Positions 1 through 12,432 of a DNA stretch of 34,586 nucleotides are shown piece by piece. The first letter of the stretch is position 1. Each line of letters begins with the position of its first letter. Source of the DNA: Chloroflexota bacterium (GTDB lineage: Bacteria; Chloroflexota; Limnocylindria; Limnocylindrales; Limnocylindraceae); NCBI GenBank assembly GCA_041180765.1, contig JBEGQU010000039.1:1-34586 (forward strand), written 5' to 3'. The translations under genes and the position numbers were made by a program. A model generated the notes under the pieces. It did no database searches. It had not been told where the DNA came from and was given only the letters and a program-made list of their open reading frames with translations.

Positions 1-2
1 TG

Positions 3-2327
<2,325 letters not shown>

Positions 2328-2336
2328 GAGGTGCCC

Positions 2337-5105
2337 ATGGCCGACGCCCTGGAACGATTCACCGAGCGAACCCGCGAGGCGCTGCAGCGTGCCGCCGAGA
2401 TGGCGGCGCGCATGGGGAGCGGCTCGCTCGACGTCGAGCACCTGCTCGCCGCGCTGATCGAGGATGACTCGTCGATCGGCGCCCAGGTCGTGCGGGCCGC
2501 CGGCGGTGATCTCGTGGCGATCCGCGGCGATCTCGCCGCCGACCTCGCCCGGCGCCCGAAGGTGTCGGGCGACACCGCGCAGATCGGCCTCGACCGGCGC
2601 GCCGGTGCGCTGCTGGAGCGCGCCCGCCGCGAGGCGGCGGCCGCGCGCGACGAGTACGTCAGCGCCGAGCACCTGATCCTCGCGGCCCTCGAGGGCGATG
2701 GCGAGGGGCGACGGGTGCTCGCCGCCCGCGGAATCGAGCGCACCGCGCTGGAGCAGGCGATCGCCTCGGTGCGCGGCGGCCGGCGCGTCACCTCGCCGAA
2801 CCCCGAGGCCTCGTACGAGGCGCTCGAGAAGTACGGGCGCGACCTGACGGCGGCGGCGCGCGCCGGCAAGCTCGACCCGGTGATCGGGCGCGACGACGAG
2901 ATCCGCCGCGTCATCCAGATCCTCAGTCGCCGCACGAAGAACAACCCCGTGCTGATCGGCGAGCCCGGCGTCGGCAAGACGGCCATCGCCGAGGGCCTGG
3001 CGCAGCGGATCGTGCGCGGCGACGTCCCCGAGGGGCTGAAGGAGAAGCGCGTCATCGCCCTCGACCTCGGCGCCCTCGTCGCCGGCGCGAAGTTCCGCGG
3101 CGAGTTCGAGGAGCGCCTGAAGGCCGTGCTGCAGGAGGTCACCTCCGCCGAGGGCGGGATCGTGCTCTTCATCGACGAGCTGCACACCGTGGTCGGCGCC
3201 GGCGGATCCGAAGGGGCGATGGACGCCGCCAACCTGCTCAAGCCGGCGCTCGCGCGCGGCGAGCTGCAGTGCGTCGGCGCGACGACGCTCGACGAGTACC
3301 GGAAGGGGATCGAGAAGGACGCCGCCCTCGAGCGCCGCTTCCAGACGGTCTACGTCGACGAGCCGTCGGTCGACGAGACGGTGTCGATCCTGCGCGGCCT
3401 GCGCGAGCGCTACGAGGTGCACCACGGCGTGCGCATCACGGATGCGGCGCTCGTGGCGGCGGCGACGCTCTCCCACCGCTACATCAGCGGGCGACAGCTG
3501 CCGGACAAGGCGATCGACCTCGTCGACGAGGCGGCGAGCCGGCTGAAGATGGAGATCGACTCGATGCCCGTGGAGCTTGACGAACTCGAGCGCCGGCGCG
3601 TCCAGCTGGAGATCGAGCGTGAGGCGCTCAAGAAGGAGGATGACGAGGCGTCGAAGTCGCGGCTCACTGCGCTCGAGGTCGAGCTCGGCGACATCACCGG
3701 CCGGGCCGGGGCGCTCGGTGCGCGCTGGCGCGAGGAGAAGGCGGCGATCGAGGCGATCCGCGATGCGCAGGCGAAGATCGAGGCGACGCAGGTGCAGATC
3801 GAGCAGGCCGAACGGGAGGCCGACTATGCCCGCGCCGCAGAGCTGCGCTACGGCCGGCTCGCCGAACTCGAGCGCGAGCTCGCCACCCGGCGATCGGCCG
3901 CCGCACCGGGGAGCAGGCTGCTCAAGGAGCGCGTCGATGCGGACGAGATCGCCGAGATCGTCGCCTCGTGGACGGGCATCCCCGTCTCGCGCCTCATGGA
4001 GGCCGAGCAGCAGAAGCTCGTGCGCATGGAGGAGGAGCTCGGCAGGCGCGTCGTCGGCCAGCCCGACGCCGTCGCGGCCGTGAGTGATGCCGTGCGGCGC
4101 GCGCGCGCGGGGTTGGGCGACCCCCGCCGACCGATCGGCAGCTTCCTGTTCATGGGGCCCACCGGGGTCGGGAAGACCGAACTCGCCCGCGCGCTCGCCG
4201 GGTTCCTCTTCGACGACGACAGCGCGATGACGCGGATCGACATGTCAGAGTACATGGAGCAGTTCGCGGTGAGCCGCCTCATCGGGGCCCCTCCGGGCTA
4301 CGTCGGCTACGAGGAGGGCGGCCAGCTCACCGAGGCGGTACGGCGCCGCCCCTACCAGGTGCTGCTGCTCGACGAGATCGAGAAGGCGCACCAGGACGTC
4401 TTCAACGTGCTGCTGCAGGTGCTCGACGACGGCCGGCTGACCGATGGCCAGGGGCGCACCGTCGACTTCCGCAACGTCGTGCTGATCATGACGAGCAACC
4501 TCGGCAGCGAGGCGATCGCCGCCCGGGCTGGTGGCGGGGCCAAGGCGCGCGCCGAAATGGAGGCCGAGGTCGGCCGCATCCTGCGCAGCCGCTTCCGCCC
4601 GGAGCTGCTCAACCGCATCGACGAGGTGATCGTCTTCCAGCCGCTGGGCGACGCCGAGCTGCACGCCATCGTCGACCTGCTCCTCGCCGACCTTGGTCGG
4701 CGGATGCGCGAGCGCGACCTGGCGATCGAGGTCACCCCGGCCGCCCGTGCGCTCATCGCCCGCGAGGGGAGCGATCCCGCCTTCGGCGCCCGTCCGCTGA
4801 AGCGCAGCATCCAGCGCCTCGTCGAGAACCCGCTCGCGAAGGCCCTCCTGGCCGGCGAGTTCGACCGGGGCGACACCGTGACCGTCGATGTCGACCCCGC
4901 GGGCGGGCGCCTCCGCTTCAAGGCCGGGGCGCGACTGATCACCGCGGGGAGCGTCGAGGCGCCGCGCAGCGATGCTCGTCGCAGCACGCCCGCCCGTCGC
5001 AGGGCGGGGGGGACGGAAGGGGCGGGCTCCGCCACGGCCACCCTTGCGCGCCGCCCGGGGAGCGCGGGGGGCGCGCCGGACGACGGCGACGGACCGGTCA
5101 ACTGA
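2337..5105 (+). CDS. clpB: ClpB disaggregase (AAA+), 922 aa with a low-complexity C-terminal tail
   Basis: [23 protein letters not shown], coiled-coil middle domain, second [32 protein letters not shown] at 2327-2332 precedes ATG 2337. Confidence 0.96.
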   Translation: MADALERFTERTREALQRAAEMAARMGSGSLDVEHLLAALIEDDSSIGAQVVRAAGGDLVAIRGDLAADLARRPKVSGDTAQIGLDRRAGALLERARREAAAARDEYVSAEHLILAALEGDGEGRRVLAARGIERTALEQAIASVRGGRRVTSPNPEASYEALEKYGRDLTAAARAGKLDPVIGRDDEIRRVIQILSRRTKNNPVLIGEPGVGKTAIAEGLAQRIVRGDVPEGLKEKRVIALDLGALVAGAKFRGEFEERLKAVLQEVTSAEGGIVLFIDELHTVVGAGGSEGAMDAANLLKPALARGELQCVGATTLDEYRKGIEKDAALERRFQTVYVDEPSVDETVSILRGLRERYEVHHGVRITDAALVAAATLSHRYISGRQLPDKAIDLVDEAASRLKMEIDSMPVELDELERRRVQLEIEREALKKEDDEASKSRLTALEVELGDITGRAGALGARWREEKAAIEAIRDAQAKIEATQVQIEQAEREADYARAAELRYGRLAELERELATRRSAAAPGSRLLKERVDADEIAEIVASWTGIPVSRLMEAEQQKLVRMEEELGRRVVGQPDAVAAVSDAVRRARAGLGDPRRPIGSFLFMGPTGVGKTELARALAGFLFDDDSAMTRIDMSEYMEQFAVSRLIGAPPGYVGYEEGGQLTEAVRRRPYQVLLLDEIEKAHQDVFNVLLQVLDDGRLTDGQGRTVDFRNVVLIMTSNLGSEAIAARAGGGAKARAEMEAEVGRILRSRFRPELLNRIDEVIVFQPLGDAELHAIVDLLLADLGRRMRERDLAIEVTPAARALIAREGSDPAFGARPLKRSIQRLVENPLAKALLAGEFDRGDTVTVDVDPAGGRLRFKAGARLITAGSVEAPRSDARRSTPARRRAGGTEGAGSATATLARRPGSAGGAPDDGDGPVN

Positions 5106-5833
5106 ACCGCGCGGCCGCCATCGAGCGCCTCGTCGCCCAGGTCGCCGCGGCGCTCGCCCGAGACTCCCAGGGGGCGCTCGCGGCGCTCCCCCTCCCCCTG
5201 CCGCGCGCCCTGACCCCCCGCCTGCTGCCAGAGATGGCCGAGGTGAACCTCACCCCGCCGCACGACGACACCGCGCGGGAGGCGGCGGTCGTCGCGCTCC
5301 TCGTGCCGCCATGGGCTCCCGGCTCCTGCGGGCCACAGGGGGGCGCCGATACGGCCGAGCTGCGCGCCTTCGATTGTCAGGTGCTGCTCATCGAGCGTGC
5401 CGGCGGCGGACCGCACCGCGGCCAGATCGCGCTCCCCGGCGGGAAGCTCGAGCCCGGCGAGACCCCCGAGCAGGCCGGGGTCCGCGAGCTCCACGAAGAG
5501 CTCGGCATCGACGCCGACGATCCGCGCCACGGTATTCGCTTCGCCGGGCGACTCGACCCCTTCTACATCCCAGCGAGCAACTTCCTCATCCATGTGCTGG
5601 TAGCCGTCGCACCGGAGGTTCCCGAAATCCGCGAAGACCCTCGAGAGGTGGCTGCGACCGTCGGGGTCGCGCTCGGCATGTTCGACCCGCGGCTCGAACT
5701 CGCGGAGGTCGACGACGATGTCGACGGCGTCGCGCTGCGCTATGGCTATGTCCCCGTCCATGGCGGACGGCGCATCTGGGGGGCGACGGCGCGCGTGCTG
5801 GGCGAACTCGCGTCGCGCTGCGCGACGATCTAA
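5102..5833 (+). CDS. NUDIX hydrolase, CoA pyrophosphatase (NudL/PCD1-like); start is either CTG 5102 or ATG 5234
   Basis: Nudix box [24 protein letters not shown], upstream [10 protein letters not shown] and C-terminal IWGATA, typical of CoA pyrophosphatases. Confidence 0.85.
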   Translation: MNRAAAIERLVAQVAAALARDSQGALAALPLPLPRALTPRLLPEMAEVNLTPPHDDTAREAAVVALLVPPWAPGSCGPQGGADTAELRAFDCQVLLIERAGGGPHRGQIALPGGKLEPGETPEQAGVRELHEELGIDADDPRHGIRFAGRLDPFYIPASNFLIHVLVAVAPEVPEIREDPREVAATVGVALGMFDPRLELAEVDDDVDGVALRYGYVPVHGGRRIWGATARVLGELASRCATI

Positions 5834-5836
5834 CGG

Positions 5837-7018
5837 CTACGAGCGCCTGCGCGGCCCGGGCGGCGGCGGAATCGGCGCGGAGAACCCGCTCGGCAGGCGC
5901 CCCTCTTCGGCAAGGCGACGGATGACGAAGCCGTAGTACTCCTCTACCGATGCGCCGACGTGCTCCCAGCTGAAGAGCTCCGATCGTTCGATGCCGGCAC
6001 GAGAGAGGCGTGCGCGCAGCTCGGGATCGTCGATCAGGCGGCGCAACGCCTCCGCAAGCCCGTCGGCGTCGCCCGGTGGCACGAGCAGTCCGTCGCGATC
6101 GCGACGCACCACGCCGCGATAGCCGTGGATGTCGGAGCAGACGATGGGCGCGCCGGCCGACATCGCCTCGAGCAGCACGATGCCGAACGACTCGCGGCCC
6201 GTCGCGGGAGAGACGAAGATGTCGGCGGTGCGGAAGAGCTGGCGCTTCTCCCCCTCGCTCACGCGGCCGAGAAACTCGACGCCCGCGAGCTGGCGCGTGA
6301 GGACGTAGCGACGCGCCTCCCGCTCCCCTGGTCCCGTGCCGACGATCAGCAGCCGTGCGGCGACGCCGTCGAGCTGGACCTTGCGGAACGCGCGCAGCAG
6401 GTGGATCAGCCCCTTCCGCGGCTCCATGCGCCCCACGAAGAGGATGTTCGGCACGCCGTCGCGATAGCGCGCGATGGGCACTGCGTTGCGGTATTTCGCC
6501 GGCTCGACGCCGTTTGGCAGGATCTTGTACTCGGCCGGGAAGTAGCGGCTGATGAAGTGCCGCGCGGCGGGGCTGACGGCGATCCGCCCGTGCAGACGCT
6601 TGCCGTAGTGGCCGAGGAAGCGCTTTCCGAACTCGTAGCTCGCCGACAACCCGCCGAAGGCGTGGAAGGTGGCGACGTTCACGGAGGTCGAGACGCTCAG
6701 CGTGACGAGGCTGAGGAACGGCACGAACGGCTCGTGGAAGTGCAGCACGTCGAACCGCTCGCGCTCGAGCATCGTGCGCATCTGTCGCAGGTAGGTCGGA
6801 CTCAGCGTGACGGTGCCCATCGAGCCGTTGAAGGGCACGCTGAAGCCCTTGCCGATGCGGATGATGTCGCCCTCCGAGGCCCGCTGGATGCCGTGGCTGC
6901 TGGTGATGATCCGCACGTCGTGGCCGCGGGCGCGCAACACGCGGTAGAGGCTCCCCACGTGGTCGTTCACCCCGCCGGGGGCAGGGTAGGCGTACGGGGT
7001 GACGAGCCCGATCTTCAT
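5837..7018 (-). CDS. pimA: GT4 glycosyltransferase, phosphatidyl-myo-inositol mannosyltransferase PimA-like
   Basis: MKIGLVTPY..PGGV..HV, VPFNGS, DVLHFHEP, RKG and ESFGIVLLEAM motifs. ATG overlaps the PHP gene stop (ATGA). Context with pgsA and acyltransferases. Confidence 0.85.
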   Translation of the reverse strand: MKIGLVTPYAYPAPGGVNDHVGSLYRVLRARGHDVRIITSSHGIQRASEGDIIRIGKGFSVPFNGSMGTVTLSPTYLRQMRTMLERERFDVLHFHEPFVPFLSLVTLSVSTSVNVATFHAFGGLSASYEFGKRFLGHYGKRLHGRIAVSPAARHFISRYFPAEYKILPNGVEPAKYRNAVPIARYRDGVPNILFVGRMEPRKGLIHLLRAFRKVQLDGVAARLLIVGTGPGEREARRYVLTRQLAGVEFLGRVSEGEKRQLFRTADIFVSPATGRESFGIVLLEAMSAGAPIVCSDIHGYRGVVRRDRDGLLVPPGDADGLAEALRRLIDDPELRARLSRAGIERSELFSWEHVGASVEEYYGFVIRRLAEEGRLPSGFSAPIPPPPGPRRRS

Positions 7019-7845
7019 CGCTCGTGCGGCTCGTAGCGGGCAGGGCGGCGGCGGCTGCCCGGATAGCCCAGGTCGCGCCCGCGCCGCTCGCCGCCGAGGC
7101 TCCAGAGGGGACGGGTCACGCCGGTCAGGTCTTGCCCGAGGCCGATGAGGTTGCGCCACATCTGCCGCCCGAAGATCCGCGGGCTCTCGAGCAGCGTGTG
7201 GTCGGCCCCCTGGCCGGGCTCGACCTCCTCGGCGAGGATCGCCGCCCGGAGCCCCGCGGCTCCCCCTCCAGGGAAGGCGGTCCAAACCCGACCGATCGCC
7301 TCCACGACGTGGGCGTCCGACGAGCCGATCCCCGGGAGTCCGAGCTCGTCGGCGAGGCGCCCGACCCGCCTCCGCGGGTAGGTGCCGAAGATGGTCGGGT
7401 TGAAGGTCTCCAGGGCGTCGGGGCGACAGGCCGGGTCGCGGTCGGCAGCGAGTGCCCGGAGCGTTCCCGCCTGCGCGCAGAGCGGATGGGGGAAGAGCGG
7501 ATGGGCGGGGATCGCGATCCCACCCTGCTCGTGGATCTCGGCGATGGAGCGGCGCATCGAGCGGAGGGGGCGGATCCGCTCCTCGAGGAAGAGGCCGAGC
7601 AGGTGGCCCTGCAGGGTCGAGATCTCCTCGCCGACGACGACTTCGACGTGGAGGTGGTTCGCCCGCGCCATCTCCCGTGCCGCCCTGGCGGCGTCGATGC
7701 GGTCGTGGTCGGTGATCGCAATGACATCGAGCCCAGACTCTTCGGCATGTGCCAGCACGTGCGAGACGGACGCCGTCCCGTCGCTGGCCATCGTGTGGAT
7801 GTGCAGGTCGGCTCTCCCGCCCCTGCCCTCGCGTCGATCGCTCAT
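7015..7845 (-). CDS. PHP-domain metal-dependent phosphoesterase
   Basis: DLHIHT..SDG, ITDHD, GEEI, GHLLGL, AHP and SSDAH metal-binding motifs. ATGA overlaps at both ends. Confidence 0.9.
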   Translation of the reverse strand: MSDRREGRGGRADLHIHTMASDGTASVSHVLAHAEESGLDVIAITDHDRIDAARAAREMARANHLHVEVVVGEEISTLQGHLLGLFLEERIRPLRSMRRSIAEIHEQGGIAIPAHPLFPHPLCAQAGTLRALAADRDPACRPDALETFNPTIFGTYPRRRVGRLADELGLPGIGSSDAHVVEAIGRVWTAFPGGGAAGLRAAILAEEVEPGQGADHTLLESPRIFGRQMWRNLIGLGQDLTGVTRPLWSLGGERRGRDLGYPGSRRRPARYEPHER

Positions 7846-8771
7846 GTCCGCTGATCGTCCCAAATCCGGTAGAAGAGCGTCCACCACTGCTCGGGCGCCT
7901 TGGCGATCAGCTCCTCGAACGCCGCGGCGACCCCTTGCAGCACCACGCGGCTGCGCGCCATGCGGTCGCCCTCAGCGGGCACCGCGACCTGCCGCAGGTA
8001 GCCGGTGTAGCGGTTCCCCGGCTCGCGCACGACCGCGGCGACGAAGAGTCGTGCGCCGGATTCGACGGCGAGGAGCGCCGGGCCGATCGGCAGGCGCGCC
8101 GGCGCCCCGAAAAGCTGCACCGCGACGCCGCTCCCGGCGACGTTCCGGTCGCCGACGATGCCGACGATGCCGCCCGATGCGAGCGTCTGGTTGAGCGTCG
8201 TCGCGGCACCGCGGGCCGGGACGATCTTCAGCCCGAGGCCCTCGCCGCGAACCCTCAGCATCCACTCCTGCAGCCGGGGGTTGGCCAGCTCTTCCATCGG
8301 GGCGACGGGGGTGCGCCCGGAGCGCTGCGACAGGATGCCGCCGGGAAGCTCGATCGCGCCGAAGTGCGCCGCGAGGAAGATCGCCGCGCCGGTGCCGGGG
8401 GCGAAGGCGCGATCGACCGCCGCCGCATCTTCGAGGTCGACCCGCTCGGCGATGATCCGGCGCGCATGGCGAGGTGCGCGGGCGGTCTCGATGTAGAAGC
8501 GCAGGTGGTGCTCGAAGAGCCCGCGGACCGCGGCATCGAGCGCCGCCCGCGACGGCGCAGCGCCGTCGCGGTGGGCGAAGATCCGCGCGAGGCCCTCTCG
8601 CCCGCGGGCGGCACGCGCCGGCTGCAAGAGCGGACCGATGCGGCCCCACGCCCGCGCGACGGCAAGCAGCAACGGTTCGGGGAGTCGCGACACGCCCTCC
8701 AGTGCGGCGATCGCGAGCGCGGCGGCGGCCCTGGCCTGGGCGCCCGGCGGGCTCGCGGGTGTCTCGCTCAT
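7842..8771 (-). CDS. LpxL/PatA-family lipid acyltransferase (copy 2)
   Basis: H-x4-E motif HFGAIE, GIVGDR, V.LFG..ARLPIGPA, C-terminal PEQW. ATGA coupling. Confidence 0.85.
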   Translation of the reverse strand: MSETPASPPGAQARAAAALAIAALEGVSRLPEPLLLAVARAWGRIGPLLQPARAARGREGLARIFAHRDGAAPSRAALDAAVRGLFEHHLRFYIETARAPRHARRIIAERVDLEDAAAVDRAFAPGTGAAIFLAAHFGAIELPGGILSQRSGRTPVAPMEELANPRLQEWMLRVRGEGLGLKIVPARGAATTLNQTLASGGIVGIVGDRNVAGSGVAVQLFGAPARLPIGPALLAVESGARLFVAAVVREPGNRYTGYLRQVAVPAEGDRMARSRVVLQGVAAAFEELIAKAPEQWWTLFYRIWDDQRT

Positions 8772-9805
8772 CGCGCGCCATCCGATCGGGCCATCTCGGC
8801 GGCGACGGACTCGAGCCGCCGCTGCTCTGCGGCATCCGGCCACATCGGCTTGAAGCAGTTCCACTGTTCCGGGTCGGTCGAGATGAGCCGCTCCATCGCC
8901 GTGGCGGTCGCCTGCGTCGCAGCGAATTGGGCCGCGGGCGAGGAGCCGCCCACCTCGATCGGTTCGCCGAACACGATGCGGAACGCCCCGGGTCGTTCGC
9001 GGCGCACGAAGAACGGGACGATCGGGGCGTTGCCGCGCGCTGCGAGGACCGCGGGGCCGCTCGGCAGCGTGGTCCAGCGCCCGAATATCCGGCACGGGAT
9101 TCCATCGGGCTTCCAGCCCCAGTCGCTCAGCAGCACGATCACGCCCCCGCGGCGAAGCGTCGTGAACACCTCGCGGATGGCGCGCCAGTCGATGATCTTC
9201 AGGTTCCACGACTCGCGCAGGCGCCGCAGCAGCTCGTACATCTCGGGGAAGGCGCTGTCGTCGGCGACGACGCTGACGTCGTACCGCCGGTCGCCGAGCG
9301 CCGCGGCGCCCAGCTCGTTGTTCCCGGCATGGAAGCCGACGAAGATCCCCGCACGCCCCTCGTCGCGCAGTCGGTCGAGGATCGTCGCGCCGCGCAGGTC
9401 GACCTCTGCCGCGATGTCGGAGAGGCGGCGGCTCGGCAGGCGGAGCAGCTCCGCGACATAGCGGCCGTAGCTGCGATAGCTGGCGAGCGCGCGGGCGCGC
9501 ACCACGGCGCGGCTCCCCGGGAGGGGGCGCCCGTCGGCATCTGCGAGGCCGAGTGCCACGGCGGCATTGCCGTCGGCGATCCGGCGCTTGGCCGGCCAGA
9601 GCAGGTAGGCGAGCGGGGCGAGCGTGGAGAAGAGCGCCTCGACCGGTCGCGGCGGGAGGAGTCCCACGATCGCCATCAGCGCGCGGTAGCCGAGGAAGAC
9701 GCCCCGCTCGAGGGCCCGGCGGGCGTAATGGCCCGGGCTCCGGCGGCTTCCCGTGCGCCGGAAGGGCGACGGTGTGGGCGCCCCCTGGTGCGGCTGCTCG
9801 CTCAT
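8768..9805 (-). CDS. LpxL/PatA-family lipid acyltransferase (copy 1)
   Basis: HAGNNE, LLSDW, IFGRWTTLPSGPA and DPEQW..FKPMW motifs. Confidence 0.85.
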   Translation of the reverse strand: MSEQPHQGAPTPSPFRRTGSRRSPGHYARRALERGVFLGYRALMAIVGLLPPRPVEALFSTLAPLAYLLWPAKRRIADGNAAVALGLADADGRPLPGSRAVVRARALASYRSYGRYVAELLRLPSRRLSDIAAEVDLRGATILDRLRDEGRAGIFVGFHAGNNELGAAALGDRRYDVSVVADDSAFPEMYELLRRLRESWNLKIIDWRAIREVFTTLRRGGVIVLLSDWGWKPDGIPCRIFGRWTTLPSGPAVLAARGNAPIVPFFVRRERPGAFRIVFGEPIEVGGSSPAAQFAATQATATAMERLISTDPEQWNCFKPMWPDAAEQRRLESVAAEMARSDGAR

Positions 9806-9812
9806 CCCTGCG

Positions 9813-9818
9813 AGTGTA
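9813..9818 (-). promoter_or_regulatory. -10 element TACACT 7 nt upstream of ATG 9805 (leaderless promoter)
   Basis: Minus strand reads TACACT-cgcaggg-ATG, with no SD. Confidence 0.55.
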
Positions 9819-9821
9819 CGA

Positions 9822-9857
9822 GAGAGCCGCCGCCCCCTCGGGGGGGCAGCGGCCCTC
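9822..9857 (-). terminator. GC-rich hairpin downstream of ino1 (terminator or stabiliser)
   Basis: Inverted repeat gagagccgccgccccc-tcgg-gggggcagcggccctc; weak U-tract. Confidence 0.45.
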
Positions 9858-9905
9858 GCGTGACCTGGGCGATCCCGGCGCCTGCCGGGTCGCCGCGAAG
9901 CGGAA

Positions 9906-11123
9906 CTAGGCGCGGACGGAGTTGAGCGACTCGGAGGTGGGGTACCCCTCGCGGGTCACGTGCGTCCCGTCGAGGACACGGTTGTCCTCGCCGCGGATGA
10001 AGGCCTCGACGGCCGCATGCGCAACGTCGTCGCGCAGCTGCATCGGCGGGCTCTTCATGAAGTACGACGAGGGCGCGACGAGCGTCCCCGCGAGCTTCCG
10101 GTCAAGGCCGATCTTCGCGCAGCGGATGGCGTCGGTGATGACACCGGCGCTGTTCGGCGAGTCCCACACCTCGAGCTTCAGCTCTGCGGTGAGCGGCACG
10201 CCGCCGAAGGTCGTCCCCTCGAGGCGGATGTTCGCCCACTTGCGGTCGAGCAGCCACGGCACGTAGTCCGACGGACCGACGTGGACGAGGTCGTCGTCCA
10301 GCGGCTCGTCGAGGATCGACGTGACGGCGTTCGTCTTGCTGATCTTCTTGCTCTCCAGGCGATCGCGCTCCAGCATGTTCTGGAAGTCGGTGTTGCCACC
10401 GAAATTCAGCTGGTAGGTTCGATCGAGGTGCACCCCGCGATCGGCGAACAGGCGCGCAAGGACCCGGTGCGCGATCGTCGCGCCGACCTGGCTCTTGATG
10501 TCGTCGCCGACGATCGGGAGGCCGGCGGCGGCGAACTTCTTCTGCCACTCCGGCTCGCGGCCGATGAAGACCGGGATCGCGTTCACGAACGCGCACCCCG
10601 CCTTGATCGCCTGCTCCGCGTAGTAGCGGATCCCCTCCTCGCTGCCGACCGGGAGGTAGGCGACGAGCACGTCGACCTTGCGCTCCTTGAGGACGGCGGC
10701 GACGTCGACCGGCTTCTCCGGCGACTCCTGCACCACGTCCTTCAGGTACTTGCCGATGCCGTCGAGCGTCGGGCCGCGCTGCACGATCACGCCAGTCGTC
10801 GGGATCTCCTGGAAGGTCCAGGTGTTGTTCGGGTGGGCGCCGAGCGCCTCCGAAAGATCCTTGCCGACCTTCGTGACGTTCACGTCGAAGGCCGCGACGT
10901 ATTCCAGGTCGCGCACGTGGTAGCCGCCGAGGTCGACGTGCATCAGTCCGGGGACCTTCGCGTCGTTCGCCGCGTCGGCGTAGTAGTAGCGGCCCTGCAC
11001 GAGGCTGCTGGCGCAGTTGCCCACGCCCGCGATCGCCACGCGAATCGGGTTGGTGGCCTTGACCGGCACCTTCGGCGCAGGTCGTGCCTGCCACTGGGCG
11101 CGAGGCCCGTTCATCTCGGTCAT
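9906..11123 (-). CDS. ino1: myo-inositol-1-phosphate (inositol-3-phosphate) synthase
   Basis: [63 protein letters not shown]. Purine-rich SD before ATG 11123. Confidence 0.96.
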   Translation of the reverse strand: MTEMNGPRAQWQARPAPKVPVKATNPIRVAIAGVGNCASSLVQGRYYYADAANDAKVPGLMHVDLGGYHVRDLEYVAAFDVNVTKVGKDLSEALGAHPNNTWTFQEIPTTGVIVQRGPTLDGIGKYLKDVVQESPEKPVDVAAVLKERKVDVLVAYLPVGSEEGIRYYAEQAIKAGCAFVNAIPVFIGREPEWQKKFAAAGLPIVGDDIKSQVGATIAHRVLARLFADRGVHLDRTYQLNFGGNTDFQNMLERDRLESKKISKTNAVTSILDEPLDDDLVHVGPSDYVPWLLDRKWANIRLEGTTFGGVPLTAELKLEVWDSPNSAGVITDAIRCAKIGLDRKLAGTLVAPSSYFMKSPPMQLRDDVAHAAVEAFIRGEDNRVLDGTHVTREGYPTSESLNSVRA

Positions 11124-11186
11124 GTTGCGTACCCCTTTCCTTCTGTTCCGCTTCGCGGCGCCGACGATTCGGCCCCGCCCCTCACT

Positions 11187-11209
11187 GCCCACCGGTACCC
11201 CCGGCGGGC
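11187..11209 (-). promoter_or_regulatory. Stem-loop in the pgsA-ino1 intergenic region
   Basis: Inverted repeat gcccaccgg-taccc-ccggcgggc. Confidence 0.35.
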
Positions 11210-11214
11210 GAGCA

Positions 11215-11898
11215 TCATTTGCCGCGTGCCGCGCGGCTCCGGCCGGCGCGCCCGGCGGCGCGCGGCGCGCCGACCAGCGCGGCGCGCACGAAGAGGATCC
11301 GCTGCGCGACCGTGATCGCGGAGGCGGCGACGATGACGACGAGTGCGGCGAGCAGCCAGGTGCGACCGAACGCAGCGCCGGCGGCGAGTCCGACGACGAG
11401 CAGCAGGGCCCGCTCGGCACGCTGGGCGAGGCCGACGTCGGCAGAGACGCCCAGCCCCTCGCCGCGAGCGCGCACGTAGCTGACGAGGGAGCCGACGCCG
11501 AGGGCGAGGACGGCGGCGGCCACGAGCTGCGCGTCGCCCGCGACCGCGGCACCGTAGGCGATGCCGGCATAGATGACCGCCTCGCCCGCCCGATCGAGCG
11601 ACGAATCGAGGAACGCCCCGAACGCCGTGACGCGCCCGGTCGCGCGGGCGAGCGTGCCGTCGAGTCCATCGAAGAGCGTGCCGAAGACGAGGATCGCCGC
11701 GGCGAGGGCGTAGCCCCCCTGCGCCGCCGCCGCGGCGGCGGCGAGGACGATGCCGAAGCCGAGGAGCGTCAGCGCGTCGGGCGAGAGGCCGAGTCGACCG
11801 AGGGCGAGCGCGATCGGTTCGCCGAGGCGCTTGATCCGCGCGCGCTCGCCGCCCGTCAGGAGGCTGCCGTTGGTGGTGCGCACGCTGCGGGTGGCCAC
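11215..11898 (-). CDS. pgsA: CDP-alcohol phosphatidyltransferase, phosphatidylinositol-phosphate synthase-like
   Basis: Signature [25 protein letters not shown], plus VSYVRARGE and RAER as in actinobacterial PIP synthases. Adjacent to ino1. Confidence 0.9.
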   Translation of the reverse strand: MATRSVRTTNGSLLTGGERARIKRLGEPIALALGRLGLSPDALTLLGFGIVLAAAAAAAQGGYALAAAILVFGTLFDGLDGTLARATGRVTAFGAFLDSSLDRAGEAVIYAGIAYGAAVAGDAQLVAAAVLALGVGSLVSYVRARGEGLGVSADVGLAQRAERALLLVVGLAAGAAFGRTWLLAALVVIVAASAITVAQRILFVRAALVGAPRAAGRAGRSRAARGK

Positions 11899-11899
11899 G

Positions 11900-12325
11900 C
11901 TACGCCTCCTCGTCGCGGACGGCGTCGACGAGCGGCTGGGCGCCGGCGAGCGCGTCGGCCGGGGCGACCCAGGCGGTCGGCTCGGTGATGCCGAGCGCCG
12001 AGAGCATCAGGGCGTGCCCTTCGGCGATGGTCGCGGGTCGCAACGTGCAGAGGGTCTCCCGCCCGACGCGCTCCGTGACGACGAGGCCGGCGGCGCGCAG
12101 GCGCCGCAGGTGCCAGGAGACGAGCGGCTGCGAGAGGCCGGTCGAGGCAATCAGCTCCGAGACGCTCGCCGGGCCCGCCGCCAGGCGACGCACCACCTCG
12201 AGGCGGTTGGTGTCGCCGAGGGCGCGGTGCACCCGGCGCGCCGCCTCGAGCACGTCCGCCTCGCCGGCAAGGCGCGCGGCCGCGCGGGGGGCGACGGTGA
12301 GGGCGGGGTGCTGCTGGGCGCTCAT
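11900..12325 (-). CDS. ArsR/SmtB-family transcriptional regulator
   Basis: ALGDTNRLEVV...SVSEL....LSQPLVSWHLRRLRAAGLV..ERVGR winged helix-turn-helix. Confidence 0.9.
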   Translation of the reverse strand: MSAQQHPALTVAPRAAARLAGEADVLEAARRVHRALGDTNRLEVVRRLAAGPASVSELIASTGLSQPLVSWHLRRLRAAGLVVTERVGRETLCTLRPATIAEGHALMLSALGITEPTAWVAPADALAGAQPLVDAVRDEEA

Positions 12326-12357
12326 AACAAGCAAAGTTTATATGAATCTGGGTTGAT
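12326..12357 (-). promoter_or_regulatory. AT-rich promoter/operator of arsR: two tandem ATCAA-N6-TTGAT-like boxes, overlapping a TAAACT -10
   Basis: Minus strand reads ATCAAcccagaTTCAT ATAAActttgcTTGTT ATG. Conspicuously AT-rich in a very GC-rich window. Confidence 0.6.
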
Positions 12358-12413
12358 GCGTCGTCGGGTTTCGTGCGTGCTGGGGCCGTGTGGGGTGGGC
12401 GGGGCGGGCGGGG

Positions 12414-12427
12414 GCCCCTTCGGGGGC
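12414..12427 (-). terminator. Small hairpin after nuoN
   Basis: gcccc-ttcg-ggggc just past the nuoN stop; no U-tract. Confidence 0.3.
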
Positions 12428-12432
12428 AGGCC

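Noticed and set aside
5102-5833. NUDIX gene as the GDP-mannose hydrolase of the mycobacterial pimA operon
   Set aside because: It is on the opposite strand, coupled to clpB, and has CoA-pyrophosphatase motifs.
7842-9805. Lipid A biosynthesis (LpxL/LpxM)
   Set aside because: Same family, but no lpx or kds genes are present and the context is inositol lipid synthesis.
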